From: Octopus bimaculoides | Taxonomy: Eukaryota | NCBI RefSeq assembly: GCF_001194135.2 | Contig: NC_068981.1 | Location: 64,247,217-64,300,792, forward strand | Reading direction: 5' to 3' | Length of the DNA: 53,576 nucleotides | Shown here: piece by piece, positions 13,099 to 26,212 of the stretch | How the letters are laid out: the number at the start of each line of letters is the position of its first letter | Numbering within the stretch: position 1 is the stretch's first letter | Position numbers and translations under genes: made by a program | The notes under the pieces: generated by a model | What the model saw: only the letters and a program-made list of their open reading frames with translations | What the model was told of the DNA's origin: nothing | Database searches by the model: none

Positions 13099-13424
13099 AG
13101 TTATTCTGCATCTATTGCGCTGCTGTCGCTCGAGTTTCTAGCAGTGATTCTTAGTTTTCCGTTACCCCAATTTTCTTTTTTCTGTACACTGTAGTTTTTT
13201 TTTTTTTTTTACTTTTAGTGCTTTTTGCTACAGGTGGTAATTACTAGTCATAATGAGGGCGAAGTCATTTGCCTTCATCTTCAGTGTATTTTTCAACCTT
13301 TCTCAGCATTTATTATTAGCATTGACTGTTAACCTGTTTAGGCGAGTTTCTAAATTATCTTCCAAAACGCTGAAATTTATCAATTATAACTTCCTAGATG
13401 ATTCAATACTATTATTATTTTTAA

Positions 13425-13795
13425 GTGGAGTGGTTAGGGGTTAGGGCAGCGGACTCGCGGTCATAGGATCGCGGTTTCGATTCCCAGACCGGGCGTTGTG
13501 AGTGTTTATTGAGCGAAAACACCTAAAGCTACACGAGGCTCCGGCAGGGGATGGTGGCGAACCCTGCTGTACTCTATCACCATAACTTTCTCTTACTTCC
13601 TGTTTCTGTTGTGCCTGTAATTCAAAGGGTCAGCCTTGTCACACTGTGTCAAACTGAATATCCCCGAGAACTACGTTAAGGGTACACGTGTCTGTGGAGT
13701 GCTCAGCCACTTGCACGTTAATTTCACGAGCAGGCTGTTCCGTTGATCGGATCAACTGGAATCCTCGACGTCGTAAGCGACGGAGTGCCAACAAC
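13425..13795 (+). mobile_element. Family C SINE
   Basis: Aligns along its length with 10803-11185 and ends gacggagtgccaacaac at the gap. Confidence 0.85.
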
Positions 13796-14777
13796 NNNNN
13801 NNNNNNNNNNNNNNNNNNNNNNNNNNNNNNNNNNNNNNNNNNNNNNNNNNNNNNNNNNNNNNNNNNNNNNNNNNNNNNNNNNNNNNNNNNNNNNNNNNNN
13901 NNNNNNNNNNNNNNNNNNNNNNNNNNNNNNNNNNNNNNNNNNNNNNNNNNNNNNNNNNNNNNNNNNNNNNNNNNNNNNNNNNNNNNNNNNNNNNNNNNNN
14001 NNNNNNNNNNNNNNNNNNNNNNNNNNNNNNNNNNNNNNNNNNNNNNNNNNNNNNNNNNNNNNNNNNNNNNNNNNNNNNNNNNNNNNNNNNNNNNNNNNNN
14101 NNNNNNNNNNNNNNNNNNNNNNNNNNNNNNNNNNNNNNNNNNNNNNNNNNNNNNNNNNNNNNNNNNNNNNNNNNNNNNNNNNNNNNNNNNNNNNNNNNNN
14201 NNNNNNNNNNNNNNNNNNNNNNNNNNNNNNNNNNNNNNNNNNNNNNNNNNNNNNNNNNNNNNNNNNNNNNNNNNNNNNNNNNNNNNNNNNNNNNNNNNNN
14301 NNNNNNNNNNNNNNNNNNNNNNNNNNNNNNNNNNNNNNNNNNNNNNNNNNNNNNNNNNNNNNNNNNNNNNNNNNNNNNNNNNNNNNNNNNNNNNNNNNNN
14401 NNNNNNNNNNNNNNNTATATATCATATATAGATATATGCATATATTCATATATATATATATATGTATATACCTACATCCCTATGTATACATACATGTATA
14501 TATCGGTACAGGACATAAAAAAAAACGTTAAACATAATGAGAAACGAAAACAGAAAAACGAACTTTTTTCGATCAACGAAAAAAACAAACAGAGAAACGA
14601 GACATGCATCATAAAGAGTATATCCCTTCGTCAGTTGTCCCTGTTCCATCTACTCCGCGTTTCGAAGGCAAGGACAATACGCGACATCGTTGGAACAGTC
14701 CTTCCCGCAAAGCAAATTAAATAAAATTTGGAATTTTTTGCAGAGGATGAACGTGTTAACAAGAACAGGACACTCAC

Positions 14778-15646
14778 TGTCCTGTTCTTGTTAGCACTTT
14801 CATCCTCTGGTCTTCCCATTGGGTGCCGCTCCGGCATTACTTGGTCAGCATTTAACAGTGTCGAGTTTATCAGCAATTTGCTATACAGCAATTACTATAT
14901 CTTTTCATCTAGTATCCTTGAACTCCATCTGGTTCTGGAGCTTTCCAATTGTCCATCTTGTTGCTGACTTTTCTCACGTCTCAAACTGAAATGTCTAGTT
15001 TTGCTTGCTGTGGGCAAACTGTTGTTTCAGTATTTGTAACCATTCACCATCCTTCTTGTGCCCTTCGTCTTCATTCCGAATGTCGCTCCCAGACCTTTGA
15101 CTTTCATTATTAAATAGTACCATCAAATCATCAGTATACTCTCCATTTATCTCTTGGTAAAATAATCTCTTCTGCTCTACTCTGAATAATCTATTTTGCC
15201 ATATTTGCTTTCTTTGCAAACAGACGTTGCTTAAGTTTCTCCGTGACTACGTTTTACCTTTTAATACCATACTTTCTTTTCAGTTCCCTGTATTTTCGTT
15301 CGTTTCTAATCTCCCATTTAACTTTTCACTCTAAGTGTGTATCAATACTGGCCTCTGTTCTTCTTTTCAGCCATGGCTCTTTTCTTTAGTTTCTCTCTGT
15401 TGTTTTTTTCTTTTCCTTGAAACCTACGCCCATGTCCACTGCTACAACAATGCTTGTTGATTCGATCAGATTATTTGTTTCTGAGATGTTTTTTCTTCTT
15501 ATGTATTTTAGAATTTCCTTTACCTTTTTTATTTCTTGATTCAGCTTCCATCGGTCAAACGTTTTAGGGTTGTAAATGATGTCACAGTTGTCCTCTTGTA
15601 ACCTCGCTTTTATTCTGTCGTACGTTGCTTTCTGCTCCTCTGTCAT
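14778..15646 (-). mobile_element. R4/Dong-like non-LTR retrotransposon relic (pre-RT region and start of RT)
   Basis: Minus-strand frames give KQIWQNRLFRVEQKRLFYQEINGE, HKKDGEWLQILK and KMDNWKAPEPDGVQGY*MK. These are the R4-clade QNRLF..QK.FY and WKAPGPDG.QGYW motifs, with stops and frameshifts. Confidence 0.8.
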
Positions 15647-16216
15647 GTCTTCACAACGGAAGAGCCCTTCTGCTCATCTGACATGTCGTCACAATGGAAG
15701 AGCCCTCCACCTTCACAACCGGAGAAGGCACGACAGAACCGCAGCTCAATGAAGGCCATGCACATCGTGGTTCTTTTTTTTTTTTCGACATCCGTGGTAT
15801 TGTGTATCGAGGTTTCTACTGCAAAGTTTTGACGCGTTTGAGGGACAACATTCGGCGAAAGCGACTGGATCTGTGAAGCACGAAGAATTGGATTCTTCAC
15901 GAAGACAATGCACCCTGTCACCGAGAGCTCCTTACTCGTGAGTTTCTCGCCAAAAACAACATGGTGTCGCTTCCGTACCCGCACCATTTGCAAGATTTAT
16001 CACCTTCCAGCTCTTCCCCAAAATGAAAAGGCAGCTAGAAGATTACCATTTTAACATCGTTGAAGAGATCAAGAGCTAAAATGACTCCAGGCCGGATTCC
16101 AAAAGTGGCAGGAACACTGAGGGCTAGTGTTCGAAGGAGATTATGTTAAAACGTAGATAAATAAGTTTTTTTTTTATTAAATGTAACTAATCGGGGAAAC
16201 TTTTGATACCATCTCG
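15647..16216 (+). mobile_element. 5'-truncated mariner (DD34D-type) relic with right TIR
   Basis: SSQWKSP, FFDIRGIV, VLTRLRDNIRRKR, WILHEDNAPCH...QDLSP and FPKMKRQL. It ends ggaaacttttgataccatctcg|ta. Confidence 0.85.
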
Positions 16217-16555
16217 TATTAATTTTTCAAAAATGCTTCGCTTGAGTCGGTAGTTTGGCTATATTCTCATCCGTTTACGGCCTAACGCTGTTGTTTTGCA
16301 CGAGGGGATTTCACGTTCACCAACGTGATATTTTAGCCACTAATTTTACCTGATAATTAGAAGTAATGTGTAAGATAAGTATTTCAATACCAGTTATGTT
16401 GCTCAAAATAAATCCATACACGAAGAGAAACAATAAGGCTTCTGTAAAGATAGGAAAACAATAGCAACGTAGCAACATATACAACGAGAGTTTTGTATAG
16501 TAGGCCTAACTTCGCTGATACAGTATAATGCCAGCTGCTTTCGCATTTTGTGCAT

Positions 16556-16585
16556 TAATTATCATCATCATCATCATCATCACCA

Positions 16586-16640
<55 letters not shown>

Positions 16641-16730
16641 TATGATTATTGTTATGGTCACTGTTGTTGTCGTCATCGTCGTTATCATCTTCATCACCAC
16701 CATCATTACAATCGTCACCATCATCCGACA
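16556..16730. repeat. (CAT)n microsatellite
   Basis: Seen directly in the sequence. Confidence 0.9.
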
Positions 16731-17334
16731 TTAAGTTTGAATTATTTCGTTTGCCTCCAAGATGTTTATCTCGAAACACCCAACCGGACCCAACTGCGTG
16801 AGTCAAATGGAAATTCCTCAAATTATTCCTCAACTAACAGTGTTCTTTAACTTAATGATGACTGCGAGTTCTTCTCATTTATCACTTCAACAACATAATC
16901 AGTAACACGTCAGGTAAAGATTAAACTATCATCCTCCTTCCGATTTTCTTCCTATGCTCTGTTATTTCTTATTGCTTATTATTTTTATATATATATATTT
17001 ATTTATTTATTTATATCTGTTATTTTATTGTTGTTTTCACATAGCGCAAATATTGATCTATTTTCGCACAACGTACATACGCACAAACACAGACTCTCCC
17101 CCTCGCTCTCTCGCTCTCACTTACTCAAACTCACTCAAGCGCTCATGTAAAGGGAAATATATGTCTATGTGTTTGTGTGTGTATGTGTGCGCGTATGTGT
17201 GTGCGTTACAGATTTACGGTAAAAAAAGATATATAAAATTGACAAATAGATGTTCATCTGGATTCTTGTTGTCTTTTGTTATCTGTTGTCGGTGATGATA
17301 ACATTAACAGCAACAATACCACCACCAACAATAA

Positions 17335-17525
17335 TAATCCTTTCTATTTTGGGAGCGTGATAGTCGTTTTCACCGACTCCAGTTCTCAAATGGTACGTAT
17401 TTCCTCGGCCTCGAAAGAATGAACAGCAAAGTCGACCTCCGTACCGTTTGAACACAGAAGATAAAGACAGACAAATTGCTACTGAGCATTTTATCTAGCG
17501 TACTAAAGATTCTGCCAACTCACCC
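17335..17525 (-). mobile_element. Degenerate family B SINE
   Basis: gaaagaatgaacagcaaagtcgacctccgtaccgtttgaacacagaag...tactaaagattctgccaactc. Confidence 0.6.
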
Positions 17526-17539
17526 CACTATTACAGATT

Positions 17540-17954
17540 TGCTTGTCAGTTGTTTGACCATAACCAGTTGAGCATATCCCTTGATGACTGGTGACATGTG
17601 CATCTCTGATCCCGTGCAAGAGTAGTAGGGGAGCATCAAAGCTATGTGTTGAAAGGAATTATTTGGGGTTTGAACAATTCATCTCTGGAAACATAAGCGT
17701 TTCCTTCATCATCCTTAAACAATCCTTATTCAGGGACCTTTTGAGCAGGATGGGTGAAGAAAATTCTAACTGGGTTCCGTCTACAAGATCATAACGCTGT
17801 TTATCTTGATATGTGATAACCATGTCGCGCACATATGGTTGTGATGCACGTGCCTGGTGTACCCTTATCAGAAAGGTAGTCATGATGGGTGTATTGGGCT
17901 TCGTATATTTGTACCTCAGTGACCTTTTGATGGCATGCACCACACTCTCACTCT

Positions 17955-17955
<1 letters not shown>
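17540..17955 (+). mobile_element. Probable retroposon 3' fragment ending in a (GAT)n tail
   Basis: Recognised from memory as an abundant octopus interspersed repeat (...cccttatcagaaaggtagtcatgatgggt...cactctcactct then (gat)n). Family not assigned. Confidence 0.4.
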
Positions 17956-17989
<34 letters not shown>

Positions 17990-18820
17990 CATCATGATCA
18001 TGATGATCATGATGATGATCATGATGATGGTGATGATGATGATGATGATGATGATCATGATGATGAGGAGGAGGAGGAGGAAGATTTGAATTTTTGGCAC
18101 AAGTCTCTCAATTACGGGGAAGAGAGCAAGTGAATTTCATACATATATAAATACATACATATAGACAGACACACATACAAACAAACATTTATTCATTTTG
18201 AAAAACGTATTTATTCTTGCATATATCTATACCAGATATCTGGAGGACATTATGCGTGCATTACTTTCCAATAATGTATGGGCTTTGTTGCTCAAATAAT
18301 GTACAATCTCATCTGTAAGAAAGATGAAACTGTCATGGAACAAATGTAAAAGAGTATTCTGATGGTGTGTATATCCATTCATATCAGAATATCTGATTTC
18401 GGGTGGATATTCTTATCAAAACTTGCGCAAAATACAAACGCAATATGCCTGATATAATTATTTGGGACGAGCTACAAAAATTATGTAATCTTGTGGATAT
18501 TAGGTGATCGCTATAAACTATTTGTTCAAGATTAGGCGAAAGGAAACATTCATGGTCAACAGATGCAGAATTTACTCTCTCTCCGAATTATATCATTACA
18601 ATGGTTCACTCGGTTTATCATAATGCCATGGTTTATCTTTTGTTGTAGGTCTAACCCACTACTCGGTCTAATAGCACCAAATGGTCGTTGGATGTGGTGC
18701 CTTTAGCGAAATTTTACTCTGGGAAAAAGCATTCAGAATACAGTTTTCATTTTCCAGCCTTGACTTTGTTCTTGCAAGGATCGATGAATTTATCCACCTC
18801 AAAATAAGCAATTGTGTGTG

Positions 18821-18889
<69 letters not shown>

Positions 18890-19161
18890 GTGCCGAAATA
18901 AAGCAATAAACAGAAAGCAAGTGTGGGATTCAATGCTTTATAGGATATACACTCATTTCGCCAAAATGCCGGAAGAATTACATAGAAGTAGTAGAAACAT
19001 GTAATCACGTTCGTCACTTCACTTGTGTTTCACAACAAATATAAGTCTTATACTCCGCGTCATACTACTCAGGAGGCTGAAGTGGAGTAAGGAACCCACG
19101 ATTAAATCCGACTTTGTGTTGCGTGTCGCGCTTCACTGTGCCTCGTTGTGTACGTGTATAT

Positions 19162-19192
<31 letters not shown>

Positions 19193-19196
19193 CATG

Positions 19197-19233
<37 letters not shown>

Positions 19234-19644
19234 TATCAAGAGAGGCAGCGACCAATATGAGGGGTTTCGAAAGAAATGATTGCAAGGAAAAGAGGAACTT
19301 ATCCTCAAAGTAGAGACCTGGTAACGAATGCTTACAACATAATCGTTTCCTTCACTAAAGTCACTTTTAAAGTCTTTTGAAATGATATAAAACCGAGCAG
19401 CAATCTAGATGGTTACTGCGAGACTTGTTCTTTGAATAGAAATGCTAGAACAAACGTCGCAACGTATTCCATTAGGAGCTTTAATGATTCTGTCATTCTA
19501 ACATTCTTGAATTGTACTTTATTTTATCGACCCCCAGGAGGAGGAAAGACAAAATCGATCTCGGCGGGATTTGTATACAGAGAACTATAGGTCGGAACTG
19601 CAAGGCATTTGGTCCGACATTTATCCTGTTTTTTTTTTTAACTT

Positions 19645-19800
19645 CTTTCAGTGCCTAGAGCGCGGCTATGTTGGGGCGTCGCCTTGAAGCGTCAGCTCCA
19701 GCAAATCGGCCTCAGAACTTATTTGGCATATATTCTGTTGGTCTCTTTTGACGAACTGCTATGTTATGGAGACATAAACAAACCAACAGTAGTTCTGATA
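19645..19800 (-). mobile_element. Degenerate tail half of a family A SINE
   Basis: gcggctatgttggggcgtcgccttgaag...agaacttatt...ggtctcttttgacgaactgctatgttatggagacataaacaaacc. Confidence 0.6.
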
Positions 19801-19931
19801 TGGTAGGCGGGACTAACACAATCACAAAGGCACAAACACACACATATGCAGGTATATATATAGGTGTGTGCATGTGTGTATGTTCGTATATATATATGTA
19901 CACACACACACACTCACACACACATATACAT

Positions 19932-20104
19932 ATCGTAAAATATAATTGCCAACTAAATGTGGCGGTCCCATACAGGACGATGCTACCGTTGTTTTTAGCC
20001 CCAGGAAGAATCTCCTCCAGCTGGCTAACGACAGGGGCTAAAAACGACAGTAACATCATCCTCTATGTGACCGCCACATTTAGTTGGCAATTATATTTTA
20101 CGAT
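19932..20104. repeat. Fold-back inverted repeat, 71-bp arms and 31-bp spacer
   Basis: Arms 19932-20002 and 20034-20104 match at 65/71 by manual comparison, and the outer 36 bp are perfect. Confidence 0.95.
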
Positions 20105-20962
20105 TCCGTACTACTGTTGTATATTTCTCGCTCAGAGATTTACAATTGTAAATATATATATATATATATATATATANNNNNNNNNNNNNNNNNNNNNNNN
20201 NNNNNNNNNNNNNNNNNNNNNNNNNNNNNNNNNNNNNNNNNNNNNNNNNNNNNNNNNNNNNNNNNNNNNNNNNNNNNNNNNNNNNNNNNNNNNNNNNNNN
20301 NNNNNNNNNNNNNNNNNNNNNNNNNNNNNNNNNNNNNNNNNNNNNNNNNNNNNNNNNNNNNNNNNNNNNNNNNNNNNNNNNNNNNNNNNNNNNNNNNNNN
20401 NNNNNNNNNNNNNNNNNNNNNNNNNNNNNNNNNNNNNNNNNNNNNNNNNNNNNNNNNNNNNNNNNNNNNNNNNNNNNNNNNNNNNNNNNNNNNNNNNNNN
20501 NNNNNNNNNNNNNNNNNNNNNNNNNNNNNNNNNNNNNNNNNNNNNNNNNNNNNNNNNNNNNNNNNNNNNNNNNNNNNNNNNNNNNNNNNNNNNNNNNNNN
20601 NNNNNNNNNNNNNNNNNNNNNNNNNNNNNNNNNNNNNNNNNNNNNNNNNNNNNNNNNNNNNNNNNNNNNNNNNNNNNNNNNNNNNNNNNNNNNNNNNNNN
20701 NNNNNNNNNNNNNNNNNNNNNNNNNNNNNNNNNNNNNNNNNNNNNNNNNNNNNNNNNNNNNNNNNNNNNNNNNNNNNNNNNNNNNNNNNNNNNNNNNNNN
20801 NNNNNNNNNNNNNNNNNNNNNNNNNNNNNNNNNNNNNNNNNNNNNNNNNNNNNNNNNNNNNNNNNNNNNNNNNNNNNNNNNNNNNNNNNNNNNNNNNNNN
20901 NNNNNNNNNNNNNNNNNNNNNNNNNNNNNNNNNNNNNNNNNNNNNNNNNNNNNNNNNNNNNN

Positions 20963-21332
20963 AATTACGCTGTGCGTATCTATGTGTGTAACAATTTTAG
21001 AGTTCAGATTCTAGAGTTAGGGTGAGTTTTAGGGTTAGGGTTACGGTTACGGTTACGGTTAACAGTCTAGTTAGGGTTAGGGTTAGGGTTAGGGGATTAA
21101 TACGATATACACCGTTACAGCGCTAACTGTTTTCAACTGAATAGACGTCAGTGATTAGTAGAAATTATCGAAATAAGACAATTTTTTACATGAAATAAAT
21201 TCGAATACAAAAATTATTTTCTGTTCTATAACACAAAATAGATAAGTATACGAAGTTTGAAAGTCTTTCGGTACCAAAAACACTACATAAAACATAAATG
21301 AAAACTGGTGCCCCCGTTTTAAAATAGATCCC
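20963..21332 (+). mobile_element. Right half of a TIR MITE carrying TTAGGG/TTACGG repeats
   Basis: 21125-21332 aligns to parts of the MITE at 22865-23229, in both orientations. It ends ...agatccc, and telomere-like hexamers lie at 21017-21094. Confidence 0.7.
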
Positions 21333-21691
21333 GAAAGGCTATATATTGTATCACTATATGAAATCAATAATCCATTCTCATAGCGGACACGAACACTCAC
21401 AACCTTGTTTGAATACCCAAAACGCGAGATAACAATGGATTACTTATTAATTTTCTTTTAATGTTATACTATTTTATATGGCATTTTTATGACCAATAGA
21501 ATTATTCGTTACATGTTCCCAGCGAACCAATTATCAGCTCACTATATTTACGATAGTTAGAGCGTCAAGGGAGTGACTACGCAACTTGGGCGGAACATAT
21601 TCTACGAGATATTTCATTCGAAAGCATCAAGTTTATCGACTTTCTTACTGAAGATTACCTCTTTCGCCGATACACACCGTCGAAAGATTTA

Positions 21692-21743
<52 letters not shown>

Positions 21744-21753
21744 TACACATTCA

Positions 21754-21787
<34 letters not shown>

Positions 21788-21867
21788 CATACAAACGTAC
21801 ATTCATGAATGCATACTTATATCCACCGACACTCAATATGCACACGCACACCCACAAATACATACAT

Positions 21868-21905
<38 letters not shown>

Positions 21906-22864
21906 GTATATACATCAATACCTACATACATACACACATAATACATACATGCATATATACATACATGTATATATACTAACACATACACGATTTAACTTTA
22001 AATATTTTCTTCTTGTTTTGTGCTACTTCACCTCCTTTCTTTCTCGTATACACCCCGACAGATGGCCACGTACGTTGTGTATCATGTTTATTATTATCTT
22101 TTTTGGTAAGGCTCAAGTTTGTACTGTGTCATGGTCGGCTGAATAAACGTCGCCTTTTTGTCTACGATCAAACGGACGTCAAACTATTGGTTCCATATTG
22201 AGTAAAAAGAAAAAGAGAAAAAGAGAAATAAATAAAAAGCAAAGACAAGATTTAAACAGAAAGATTTTTACTTGCTTTAGGCGTCATCTATTTAGCATGT
22301 CGTGTTTCGGCTGCATGCTTTCCATTTCTTCTTCTTATTTATTTATGTATTTATTGAAAACATAAAAAAGACAAAAAATATTTATTTATTTATTTATTTA
22401 TATTTGTCTCAGCTATTCTCAGGAAGTCGTGTTAGCTAGTCTCTCTCTCTATAAGATTTGAAAACACATATTTTACAATTGAAAGATAAAAACACAATCA
22501 ATTCCCCACCACCCACCACCCATCACTACAAATAGATAAAGAATTGTATTTGTTTGCCTAGTTATTGTTTCCTTCTTTTTTTTTCTTTCACTACCCTCTC
22601 TTTTTACTTCTTTCTGTGTCTGTAACATCATCACAATCTTTCTTTCTTTTAGATTTTCTTTGTTTTCAATATTTTTTCATCATATAGAATCTTCTTAACG
22701 TAGTGCTTGTAAGCACAAAACGTCTGTACAAAATGATCCCTCAAAACGAATATCACAGTATTACGGTGTTCTTATAAAAATTGTTATTGGGTACTAATAC
22801 TGCTTCCGTCGTTCATATCTAATTTCAAACAGGCATGTAGTTTGGTAAAGGAAAGCACTATTTA

Positions 22865-23229
22865 GGGATCTTTCTGATTTGGCGGGCGCCACTTGTTTTC
22901 TTAACGAAACACTTTCAAACTTGGGACCCTGGTAGAATGTGTCATATAAAACATCTTTTACTCTTAGTGTTATTGAGAAAATTTTATCTTTTTAAAGTTA
23001 TTTCGTGTTAAAATTGTCGTATTTCGGTAATTTCAACTAATCACTGACGTCTATTGAGGTGAAAACAATTATTGCTGTAACTTTTAACATGAAATAACTT
23101 CGAATATAAAATTTTTTCTCTGTTCTATAAGATAAAATATACAAGTATACGAAGTTTTCAAGTGTTTCGGTAGAAAACACTAAATAAAACATAAATAAAA
23201 AATGGTGTTCGCCAAATCAGAAAGATCCC
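22865..23229. mobile_element. Non-autonomous DNA transposon (MITE), 365 bp
   Basis: Perfect 20-bp TIRs gggatctttctgatttggcg / cgccaaatcagaaagatccc, flanked by the direct repeat tattta. The TSD register is ambiguous (TA, ATTT or TATTTA). Confidence 0.9.
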
Positions 23230-24173
23230 TATTTAGATGCCAATCCTACAATGTGTGTGTGTGTGTGTGTGTGTGTGTCCTGTGTCTTGACGTTTCCGTC
23301 CCGCTAGCTACTTGCATAGAGGGAACTGGAGCCAACCTTCTCTTTCCAAACATGAACGCTCTTTGGTCTAAATTCGCCGCCTCTTATTTTCGATCTTGCA
23401 CATGCTCCGAAATTCCTCACCAATTTCTTTTGTTTCCTGCACCTTTTTTTCCTCGTTATCCCCACCTGTACCCACTTCTCACGACCTTCCCACCCTACTC
23501 CAAAACCGACCATAATTACACACACCAACATACTAACAGAGCATTGACATAAGCAACTTCCTCCCTTCGACCATCCCTCCTCCATACATTCACATCTTTC
23601 ATTATATACGCATATTCACACTTACATCACATTTCATCAATTATTTTCTGTTTGACATAACCCGCGCAACAGCACGCGGATACACACACCTACATTTCAC
23701 ATACACACATACACATACATATTTGTATTCACCCACCATCTTCTCTTATTGACAATCACACACATACTCACACTCACCTTTTTTTCACATGCGCATTACA
23801 TACAATACAAACCCATACCGCTCTCATACGTACGCTCTGCACTCTTCGCTCTTCAGGTGTAGACACATGCACACTCCAGTACGCAGACGAATCCCAACCA
23901 CCACCACCACCACCACCACCACCACTATATACACCGACTTTTCATGCATTCTACCAATAAAATATTCACTCATTAATAAGCTAGAACCACAAAAGAAACG
24001 TCGCACACATACTAAATAGAAACCAGTTTATTAACAAATTACCATAGCATTGATTGAAGAGTGCTAATTAAGAAATAGTTCATTCCTAATGATAAAACAT
24101 CATATGCTGAAGCATGTCTGACGTCACATCGTGTCACGTGATTATGGAGTATCCTGGATCTTGAGAGATGAAC

Positions 24174-25183
24174 TCAATATCTCGTTTTACCACCGTTAGC
24201 GTTGATTATTGCCAGGCATCTCCTGTATATTAAATGCACCAAACGATTGATGAAGGCCATAGGGGGACAGCAGCTCACACTTTGTTAAAACTTGCAGTGA
24301 GTTGTGCTGCAGTTATTACGCCTGGGACAGGTGTCATTTAGTCTTCTTTGGATTTCGTCCCACAGGTACTCTATGGGATTCAAGTCCGGATTTACAGCAG
24401 TGTCTGGATGTTGTGCTGTTGGAGGAAGTCTGTTGTCAACCTAGCAGTGTGGGTTCGGTCGTTATCGTATTGGAAAACGTGATTCCGATGACGGGAAAAT
24501 TATATGACACAATGTCAGGTCTCAACACATCGTCGATGTAGAGAGCAGCAGTTACTTCATTGCCCCGGCCTTGGCCGATGTTTTGGAAGACCACCGGTCC
24601 AAGTTTCTGGTTGAGTGCAATCCCACCCCATACCATGATGCTCTGTCCTCCCTATGAGTCTCTCTCTACCACACAGCCATCGGCAAGACGTTCATCCCTT
24701 CTTCTCCAAACCCTAGCTCTGCCATCTGCCACAGAAATGTAATATCGACTTCCGTCAGAGAAGACTACAGTCTTCCACTGCTGATACCGCCATTTCTGAT
24801 GTGCCCGTCGATGGCAATTTATGAGGATAAGGCCCCTAGCCAGACGTCGACAAGGCAGATTGAAAGACCTTAGGCGACGGCGAACTGTCTCTGCACAAAA
24901 GAGTCTGTGGTGAGTCCCTATAGTCTGCGTAGCTGATTCCGTGACCCTCCGGAATCGGCCATGAAGTGCTGTCAGTGAAGGTGGCGATCATGACGTGCCA
25001 TTGTAACCCTCGGACGACCACTGCGTGGAAGATCATCCCTGCTGTTTGTGGCATTGTATCGTTCCCTCAGTCACTCAATTGTCCGAATACTGTAGTTCAA
25101 GTCATTAGCAATGAGCCTTGGACTTTGACCAGCATAGAGACGTCTGATGGCTTGTTCCTCTGATTTCGTGTCAGTCTTGGCAT
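24174..25183 (-). pseudogene. Tc1-family transposase pseudogene
   Basis: MPRLTRNQR..., PRSGRPRVT, VFSDGSR, RVWRRRDER, SIMVWGGIA, FQYDNDRTHTARLTTDFLQQHNI, DLNPIEYLWDEIQRRL and NANGGKTRY*, with many frameshifts and stops. The D-E spacing cannot be counted because of a deletion, and the TIRs were not clearly found. Confidence 0.88.
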
Positions 25184-25799
25184 GTTTGCTACGTTTGGGA
25201 AACGAATGATAGGCTAATAAATTTTCAATTTATGCCCAAGGTTGGAGCCAGAGATCTGCTTCTGTCGAATGGAAAGAAGGCTATTTCCTCGAGGCGCTTA
25301 CCATCCTTGGGATCGAGACCTGCTTGCTCAAGTTGAGACCTCTTCTGATTATATCACTCAGAGCGGCGTGTCGTGGAAACTGGCCCGCACTAAGACTGCA
25401 GGATAAGCGATGCAGGCCTAATTCGTCTACTACCACTCCGGTCTTGGGGTCGCTGTGTCGAACTATTGACTCATCTCCTGCTATTAGTCAACGCTTATAC
25501 TAACATATGTATTCATGCAAGAACTTGAGATTTTCTTTACAGATCATCACGGAATGTTCTTATACATTTCTGTGGTCCGATTTCTCAGTAACGAAAGAGC
25601 AGACATGTTTAATATGTTCAAATGTTCATGAATTATTCAATGAATGGGCGTCAAATCTCGTCAAACCTCATCAAACCAACACCTATAGTCGGTTCCATGA
25701 CGATTAATTGAATCAACTACACACCAACACACGCATTCGCCTGTATATATAAGATACGTACATGCGTGCAAATGCGTGCTTGCGTGTGCATACATACAT

Positions 25800-25801
25800 G
25801 C

Positions 25802-25846
<45 letters not shown>

Positions 25847-25857
25847 TACATATATAT

Positions 25858-25950
<93 letters not shown>
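25800..25950. repeat. Long (TA)n microsatellite
   Basis: Seen directly in the sequence. Confidence 0.95.
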
Positions 25951-26212
25951 CGTATGTGTGTGTGTGCATATATATGCAAGTACTATGTATATTAGTCATA
26001 TATGTGTGTGTGTATGTATATGTGTATGTATGTATGCATGTATGGAAGAAAGTGCAGTAGATTTTATGACGGAACGACGGCGACAACGACAACTGTATAA
26101 AAGCACTTTTCTGAAAACAAGAACAGCATATTTTATTCCTTCTGCTGGTCATAAAGTAAAAAATATAATGGCGAATAAATAATTTGTTCTTTTCTTCAAT
26201 GTGAATATTCAG

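Noticed and set aside
21017-21094. True interstitial telomere or chromosome fusion site
   Set aside because: The array is short, single-orientation and embedded in a MITE arm.
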